In this document: positions 58,530 through 64,000 of the stretch, piece by piece
Layout: each line of letters opens with the position of its first letter
Position numbering within the stretch: the first letter of the stretch is position 1
Origin: a virus
Taxonomy: Duplodnaviria; Caudoviricetes
Virus record (IMG/VR): IMGVR_UViG_3300012952_002053
Span: 20,962-84,961 of that record
Reading direction: 5' to 3' (one strand)
Length of the DNA stretch: 64,000 nt
The notes under the pieces: generated by a model
The model's input: the letters and a program-made list of their open reading frames with translations, nothing else
Told to the model about the DNA's origin: nothing
Database searches by the model: none
Made by a program: the position numbers and the translations under genes

Positions 58530-59041
58530 TCTTCAAAAGTCCTTCTACCATTAACAGTCAAAAATTCAGCAATATGTTCGCTTTTGGAATTGTCGCAACC
58601 ATGCATCTTTTGAGTGTTTAACACAAAATAATCACCAGGATTAATTGTTACTTCTTCCAACTCATCATTGTTGCTATGCATAATGGTAGCAGGATATTCG
58701 CCTATATTGATAACTATATTGCTTTTTCTACCACCAATATCAATATGTGGGTCTAACGTTTCTCCAGGCATAATCCACTCCAAACCCATAAAATGATGTT
58801 CTTCTAATAACCATTGTTTTTTGAAATTTTCTGGTATGTGTTTCCAAATTTGACTACAAGCATACAGTTTTTGTCTAACTTTGCGTATGTTTACCATGCC
58901 TGCTACTCTGTCTTCTTCCCTTAAAAACGTTATAAATTCATCGTCAGATTGCTTTAATTTAGCGGATTTTAGCCAATTATCGTCATCATTGTAATCAGGT
59001 GCTCGTTGGTCTTTTACGATGAATTTGGTGTATCTTGACAT
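58511..59041 (-). CDS. 2OG-Fe(II) oxygenase/cupin-like protein (paralog)
   Basis: LDPHID (HxD)...SNIVINI...LNTQKMHG. Start set at ATG 59041, 5 nt after GTTAAATA. Confidence 0.65.
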   Translation of the reverse strand: MSRYTKFIVKDQRAPDYNDDDNWLKSAKLKQSDDEFITFLREEDRVAGMVNIRKVRQKLYACSQIWKHIPENFKKQWLLEEHHFMGLEWIMPGETLDPHIDIGGRKSNIVINIGEYPATIMHSNNDELEEVTINPGDYFVLNTQKMHGCDNSKSEHIAEFLTVNGRRTFEECIALF

Positions 59042-59078
59042 GCATATATTTAACCAAAAAATACCAAAAAAAGTGGTA

Positions 59079-59113
59079 AAAAAGGTTGACTTACCCATAA
59101 AAATCAGTATAAT
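59079..59113 (+). promoter_or_regulatory. Sigma70-type early promoter
   Basis: A-tract, then TTGACT (59086-59091), 16-nt spacer, TATAAT (59108-59113); AGGAG RBS before 59146. Confidence 0.8.
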
Positions 59114-59145
59114 AGTATGTATTGTTTAAGATATAGGAGTAAACG

Positions 59146-59403
59146 ATGACACTAAACGAAGTAAAACTAGCCATTAGAAATGGCAATTTCTCGAATGAAG
59201 AACTTATTACACTAGGTTCTTACATTCAAAACGTTAAAACTGAGCAGGCTAAAGCCAGTATTTCAGTTGGTGACGAGGTTTTTGTAGTTCAAAAGACTAA
59301 GAAAACTAAAGGTATTGTTGAGAAAATCAACATCAAGAAGGCTATTGTAACACTTCCGCAAGGACGTTACAATGTTCCATTAAGCATGTTGGAGGCTTGT
59401 TAA
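59146..59403 (+). CDS. Hypothetical early protein (SH3/KOW-like pattern)
   Basis: ISVGDEVFV...KGIVEKIN; first gene behind the early promoter. Confidence 0.75.
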   Translation: MTLNEVKLAIRNGNFSNEELITLGSYIQNVKTEQAKASISVGDEVFVVQKTKKTKGIVEKINIKKAIVTLPQGRYNVPLSMLEAC

Positions 59404-59789
59404 TGAAGTTTCACAAACAAGTTAAGATTCCAGGCATGACTATGGAACAAATCGTGGAGGCTCTTAAAAAGTCTGATTTAAAAATGAGACCAATGAGAGC
59501 AGAATTTAGTTTTGAAAGAAAGTTCAAGACTACAAACACTTACACTGACTACAACATTGTTGTTGAAGATGAGCAAGTTGAAGTTCAGGCTAATGGTGAC
59601 TACAATGTGTTCAGTTTTACACCTTATGTTGCTAGAGACCTTTTAGGTGTTAAAGACAAATACTTGACCATGCGATACACTAAAAGTGATATCGGCTACT
59701 CAGATGAATGGGAAGAGTATGGTGCTAATGGCATGAAAAAAGGCAGAAAGTACATTGATGGTAAAACTGGTGAGGAGAAAACTGTTTAA
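59403..59789 (+). CDS. Hypothetical early protein
   Basis: TAATG coupling at 59401-59405. Confidence 0.75.
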   Translation: MKFHKQVKIPGMTMEQIVEALKKSDLKMRPMRAEFSFERKFKTTNTYTDYNIVVEDEQVEVQANGDYNVFSFTPYVARDLLGVKDKYLTMRYTKSDIGYSDEWEEYGANGMKKGRKYIDGKTGEEKTV

Positions 59790-60022
59790 TGGCAACTATA
59801 TCCCCAAAAACCAAAAAGTATGTTCGCATAGACACTTATGGCGATTTGATTATGCCATTGGAAGTGTTTGAACGTATTTGTGACAAAATAATGATAACCA
59901 AGTCCGAGTATGAAGATGGTGAGTATGTGCTCAGTGAAATCAAAAAAATGGACAAGGTTCACTTGCACGATGTTGACGAAGTAAAGAACTTGTTGGTACA
60001 CGACAAGTTACAAAACTCATGA
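59789..60022 (+). CDS. Hypothetical early protein
   Basis: TAATG coupling upstream and ATGA coupling downstream. Confidence 0.7.
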   Translation: MATISPKTKKYVRIDTYGDLIMPLEVFERICDKIMITKSEYEDGEYVLSEIKKMDKVHLHDVDEVKNLLVHDKLQNS

Positions 60023-60342
60023 TTGATATATTACAAGAAGTAACCGATTGGGGCAAATACAAGGTAAACAATGGCATTTACCATGTGAACTCCTCGGGTA
60101 AACTTGTTGCATATCAACCCAACAAGAATGCACCAATTCAAGAGTTAAAAGTACCAAGCACTCAGTTTTCAAAATCAAGACGCAAATTTGTAAAAATAGG
60201 CGAAAGACCGGAAGAGTTTGACAGCGATGTAATCACGGTACAAGGTAGTAAGGGTAATGTATATACTATTCAAGATGGTAAATGCAGTTGCCCAGGATTC
60301 ACGTATCGAGGAGATTGCAAACATGTCAAAGAACATTGCTAG
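60019..60342 (+). CDS. SWIM zinc-finger protein
   Basis: VQGSKGNVYTI...CSCPGFTYRGDCKH (CxC...CxH). Confidence 0.8.
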   Translation: MIDILQEVTDWGKYKVNNGIYHVNSSGKLVAYQPNKNAPIQELKVPSTQFSKSRRKFVKIGERPEEFDSDVITVQGSKGNVYTIQDGKCSCPGFTYRGDCKHVKEHC

Positions 60343-62647
60343 TATTTTAATTGTTTTATTATTAGGAGCCTGTGCAAGTGGCGGAGGTTCTGCTGGACTT
60401 AATGTACAGCCTGAAAACCGCGCCGTTTCTACTTCCACCGCGCCTCGCGATTTACGCCACCAATTTACGCCGGTTACGCACACTTACTCTCCCAACCTAA
60501 GCGGACACAGTGAAACAGTAACACATAAGTTGGATATGACAGCACACACTACAAGTGGTTTGCCTGCTCCAACTGACAAATATAAAATTGCTGATTATGG
60601 ATTTTTTAGATCCACTATAACAGGATATCATGATGGTTATGAATATGGTGCTGAAAGTAGTATCCAGAATAGTTTTATACAGAGAGGTCATGTTGAAAGA
60701 GCAGATTTAAATGGAGATGGATGGCAAGATTTTTATCTTGTGATGTGGGCAGGAGACCATAACGAATTAGAATGGGCTCCAAACACTTATGTATATGCAT
60801 GGTTAAATGATGGCGACGGTAACTTTATATTAAGTAACGATTTATTTCCAAACGGTAATCCATGTTTTGCAGGTACAGAATGTAGCAGTTCAAATCCTAC
60901 AACACTTAATAAAAAAGTATTAGTTGCAGACTTTAATGGTGACGGATTAGACGACATTTATAATGGTGCAAATATTGTTTTAAGTGACAATGGCAAATTT
61001 TATAATCACACAGACAAACTCCCTAGTGATTTTGCTAATGCATGTGGGCCTGAATTTTGTTTTACTCATGATGCATACGCAAGTGATGTAGAAGGCGACA
61101 ATGACTTAGACATATTTTTGCCTATATCTCAACCTGATGTAAACAATGTTGAAGTACCATGGACTATGTTACTGAATGATGGTGCTGGAAACTTTTCTGT
61201 AAATCAAAACTTTCCTGATGTAACAGATAATTTGTTTGCCACAACTGCCGTAATTGGTGACTTTGACAATGATGGTTCGGGCGACGTAGCAGTAGGTTGG
61301 TTTCAGCCAGGTCAAAGTGCTACGTTCTCACAAACATATGAAAATAGTTCAGGTGCAGTATTTTGGAATGATGGTCAAAATGACTGGAGTGTGAGACCTT
61401 GGAGTGAGTTACCTAACAACTATTATGGTTCTAATGGTAATGCAAACGACATGGAAGTAATTGACTTTAACAATGACGGTTTATTAGACATAGTATTAGC
61501 ATCTACAAAACATGATCCTTATTATGACGGTCGTATGATACAATTTTTTGTAAACAATGGCGATGGTACATTTGGTGATGTAACCAGCACATATAATACC
61601 AATACAAAATATGCAAATGGTTTAAACAATGGATATTGGAATGGTGATGGACAATTACACATTATTGATTTTGATGCAGATGGCGATTTAGATATTGTTG
61701 ATAGTGTGCGTGGGTCATATGTATTATTAAATGAAGGCGGGTCATTTACATTATATGATGACTTTCCAAGATTTAGCGACAATAACAAATACTATCCTAT
61801 AGAAATTGACAACAAATATTTTTATGATTTTATAGGATCAACAAATACTAATAGCAATACACAAAGCATTGCTACATTTTTCCAAGTATTAGATCCTCCT
61901 TTGTTAGAAATGATGAATGATATTACTACAAAGCCGTTAGGATATGCAGACAGCATTTTCAAAAGCACAATGCTATTAAATGATTTACGAAATCAAACTA
62001 AAGGAAATAATGTATTTGGCAAAAATGTTGAAAGTACAAATATGATTGGTTATAGTTTTAGTGGCGAAACTGGATTAGGATTACATGTTGCAGATTTTTC
62101 AGGAGAAAACAAAGGCTCAGTTGTTGGTTTAAACTGGCGTAAAGACAATACACATGTAGGTGTAAGTTTTGTGACAAATGACTTTGTTGGTGAAAATAAA
62201 ACTAAATGGTATGGTACAGGACAAGCAGATTTACAAACTGAATCTATAAACTTGTTTATGGAATACACACATAGTTTTACAAATACTTTGTTTGCAAAAG
62301 TTGGTGCAACTGTAAGTCAAATAGACGTAAAAGCATTTGAAGAAAAACATAGTTCGCATAATGTTCATATAAATGCATTTGATATGACTGTTGGTAGTTT
62401 GTTTGCAGATGTAAGTAAGGTTCTACATTCTAAATTTGGAACAACATACTTAACACTAGGTGCTGAGTATTATGAAACTAGAGAAGTTGATATTGTGTTT
62501 TCAGATATATTAAACTTTACACATAAAGCAGATATGTATGTTGGCAAATTTGGATTTTATCACAAATTTAATATGTTCTATTTTAGTGCAGAATTAGATA
62601 CTGAGAATAGAGAGATTTATCAATTAGGATTCCGTTGGAATTTGTGA
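60323..62647 (+). CDS. Lipoprotein with FG-GAP/VCBS repeats and C-terminal beta-barrel-like domain
   Basis: GAGGAG RBS, then MSKNIASILIVLLLGAC lipobox; repeats DLNGDGWQD, DFNGDGLDD, DFDNDGSGD, DFNNDGLLD, DFDADGDLD; C-terminal alternating-aromatic strands ending YQLGFRWNL. Confidence 0.75.
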   Translation: MSKNIASILIVLLLGACASGGGSAGLNVQPENRAVSTSTAPRDLRHQFTPVTHTYSPNLSGHSETVTHKLDMTAHTTSGLPAPTDKYKIADYGFFRSTITGYHDGYEYGAESSIQNSFIQRGHVERADLNGDGWQDFYLVMWAGDHNELEWAPNTYVYAWLNDGDGNFILSNDLFPNGNPCFAGTECSSSNPTTLNKKVLVADFNGDGLDDIYNGANIVLSDNGKFYNHTDKLPSDFANACGPEFCFTHDAYASDVEGDNDLDIFLPISQPDVNNVEVPWTMLLNDGAGNFSVNQNFPDVTDNLFATTAVIGDFDNDGSGDVAVGWFQPGQSATFSQTYENSSGAVFWNDGQNDWSVRPWSELPNNYYGSNGNANDMEVIDFNNDGLLDIVLASTKHDPYYDGRMIQFFVNNGDGTFGDVTSTYNTNTKYANGLNNGYWNGDGQLHIIDFDADGDLDIVDSVRGSYVLLNEGGSFTLYDDFPRFSDNNKYYPIEIDNKYFYDFIGSTNTNSNTQSIATFFQVLDPPLLEMMNDITTKPLGYADSIFKSTMLLNDLRNQTKGNNVFGKNVESTNMIGYSFSGETGLGLHVADFSGENKGSVVGLNWRKDNTHVGVSFVTNDFVGENKTKWYGTGQADLQTESINLFMEYTHSFTNTLFAKVGATVSQIDVKAFEEKHSSHNVHINAFDMTVGSLFADVSKVLHSKFGTTYLTLGAEYYETREVDIVFSDILNFTHKADMYVGKFGFYHKFNMFYFSAELDTENREIYQLGFRWNL

Positions 62648-62917
62648 ACTCTCAGGCGGAGGATCTAAAGATTCCCAGTCATCGTAACTAGCACCTTTAT
62701 CTCCGCTTTTAATTTTGTTGTAACGATTTAAAGTTTTTATTAAAGTTTCTCTTTCGATAGGACTTAATGCCCAGGCCTCTGTATAAGACACAGCACCTTC
62801 GCTAAAAATTGCCAGCTCTGCAACTTGTCGAATGATTAACTTTTGTTCTTTATCGAGTTTACCCAGGAAGGCTGAAACTTCTTCAGGCTCTGCTGTGCCT
62901 AGGAACCCGTGAAAAAA
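62624..62917 (-). CDS. -1 frame extension (95 codons, gp51/GT-like) reached by a putative programmed frameshift
   Basis: Open frame HGFLGTAEPEEVSAFLGKLDKEQKLIIRQVAELAIFSEGAVSYTEAWALSPIERETLIKTLNRYNK... with no ATG; slippery T TTT TTC at 62917-62911. Confidence 0.7.
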   Translation of the reverse strand, partial: FFHGFLGTAEPEEVSAFLGKLDKEQKLIIRQVAELAIFSEGAVSYTEAWALSPIERETLIKTLNRYNKIKSGDKGASYDDWESLDPPPESSQIPTES

Positions 62918-63789
62918 TTTACAGGATCGAAGTTTATCGGAGCACTATAAGATGTCGGACAGTTTTCTTTATCTTTACAATTTTCTGCTTGACACTCAAT
63001 TTGTACTTCTTGCTTCACTCCTTTAGAGTTAATATCGTTTACAAGTTTTTCTATTTCTTTACCAGTGGTGTTGTCTGTGTTTTCTAAAAATTCTCTTAAT
63101 TGATTTCTTTCTGTAACTTGTTCTTCTACACCATCTGAATTCATATATGAAACACTTTTAATACTGTCTAACATCATTTCAAAGTTTAAGTCTGCAAGTT
63201 GTACAAAACTATTGTTGAATGCTTTTAGTCTATCCATGTCATCTTCAAGTTCTGAAATTGCCTGCATACTTCTTGTACTTTGGAAACTGGCTATACCTGC
63301 CTTAATTGTGTTGCCATATGTGAAAGGTAAAACTGTAATCTTTAATCCGTTTGATAAATTTTCTGTGTAAGCATCTTCGATACTTTCCATTGTTGCCAAT
63401 GAACTATCAATACTCACTGTAACAGTACTCGATTCTTTACACACAGGACATTCAGCATTTACTTCAACATCGTCTCCTGCACTTGCACCTCTGATTGCAA
63501 TTAAGATTGCATCCACATCAGCACTTAATAATTCTTTAGGCTTTTTAATTTCAGGTACACATGACCTAATTAAACTTGCTACCGCTTCACCATTAAGTAA
63601 TGCGTCTGGATTTTTTAGACTCATTTCATCTTTAGTGGTCATAGGGTAAATTGCAAATTCGCCACTGTCAGGTCTGTCAATCACATCATCACCATAGTAA
63701 TTTGCATTACTTGGTAGTTTAAGATACATTTTAGGTGCTCTAAAATAGGCACTTAAAGGATTACTCTGATTTGTTATTTCTTTGCTCAT
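62899..63789 (-). CDS. Baseplate hub assembly / tail chaperone-like protein (T4 gp26-like)
   Basis: NPLSAYFRAPKMYLKLPS, IYPMTTKDE..LKNPDALLNGEA, DVDAILIAIRGAS.G, CPVC and C-terminal PINFDPVNFF. Confidence 0.7.
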   Translation of the reverse strand: MSKEITNQSNPLSAYFRAPKMYLKLPSNANYYGDDVIDRPDSGEFAIYPMTTKDEMSLKNPDALLNGEAVASLIRSCVPEIKKPKELLSADVDAILIAIRGASAGDDVEVNAECPVCKESSTVTVSIDSSLATMESIEDAYTENLSNGLKITVLPFTYGNTIKAGIASFQSTRSMQAISELEDDMDRLKAFNNSFVQLADLNFEMMLDSIKSVSYMNSDGVEEQVTERNQLREFLENTDNTTGKEIEKLVNDINSKGVKQEVQIECQAENCKDKENCPTSYSAPINFDPVNFFTGS

Positions 63790-63828
63790 TTCCGCTCCAT
63801 ATAATTCTTACTGAATTAACTATGTACT

Positions 63829-63908
63829 TATTTATCTTCATTAACAATAGTTTTAATGAAAACCAGTAATTTTTGATTAAACATAGTTTTAATGCTTTCA
63901 GATAAATA
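63829..63908. promoter_or_regulatory. Divergent pair of late promoters with two palindromic boxes
   Basis: Minus-strand GATAAATA at 63836-63829; plus-strand GATAAATA at 63901-63908; boxes TTAACAATAGTTTTAA (63841-63856) and TTAAACATAGTTTTAA (63877-63892). Confidence 0.7.
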
Positions 63909-63913
63909 TTGGT

Positions 63914-64000
63914 ATGGCAGTTTCAATTAACATAGACGGACAAGCATACACCTTCCCAGATTGGCTATCAGAGTCAACAGGTGAGCAGATGCTTGACACC
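63914..64000 (+). CDS. Start of a gene running off the window (possibly tape-measure-like; unverified)
   Basis: MAVSINIDGQAYTFPDWLSESTGEQMLDT..., open to the window end, preceded by GATAAATA. Confidence 0.6.
   Translation, partial: MAVSINIDGQAYTFPDWLSESTGEQMLDT

Noticed and set aside
60257-60322. Longer N-terminus given by the ORF track for the FG-GAP protein
   Set aside because: ATG 60323 has a GAGGAG RBS and yields a clean lipoprotein signal peptide. Starts at 3535, 9429, 9680, 11293, 21271, 52575, 57081 and 59098 were shortened on similar grounds.
1-64000. CRISPR array, tRNA genes, integrase or transposase
   Set aside because: No regularly spaced repeats, cloverleaf structures or recombinase motifs were seen.
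1-64000. Stop-codon reassignment (seen in some jumbo phages)
   Set aside because: Long ORFs are intact in the standard code, and TAA, TGA and TAG all end genes at tightly coupled junctions.

Overview
AT-rich segment of a large lytic T4-superfamily (jumbo-type) myovirus, probably aquatic, read in the standard genetic code. Left part (1-17.5 kb, minus strand): an accessory cluster with three radical SAM enzymes, six putative glycosyltransferases, a methyltransferase, an SDR, a rubredoxin missed by the ORF track, an APS-kinase/nucleotidyltransferase fusion, an SCP2 protein, alternative oxidase and a eukaryote-type phosphomannomutase. Middle (17.6-52.5 kb, minus strand): tail fibre and baseplate genes, including a 6327-aa wedge-like protein and gp6-, gp25-, gp5-, hub-, LysM/gp53- and tube-initiator-like proteins, interrupted by a small plus-strand early island. 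Right part: gp55-like late sigma factor, gp47, gp46, a GIY-YIG protein followed by a ~450-nt highly structured non-coding region, two 2OG-Fe(II)-like genes, early genes, an FG-GAP lipoprotein with a barrel-like C-terminus, and a gp26-like/tail-chaperone gene. The most notable signals not explained by the ORF track are: (1) the candidate large ncRNA behind the GIY-YIG gene; (2) a likely programmed -1 frameshift at T TTT TTC into a 95-codon frame with no start codon; (3) GATAAATA late promoters, four with a 16-bp palindrome exactly 8 nt upstream, several apparently giving leaderless mRNAs. All family assignments come from motif recognition by eye; no database searches were run.
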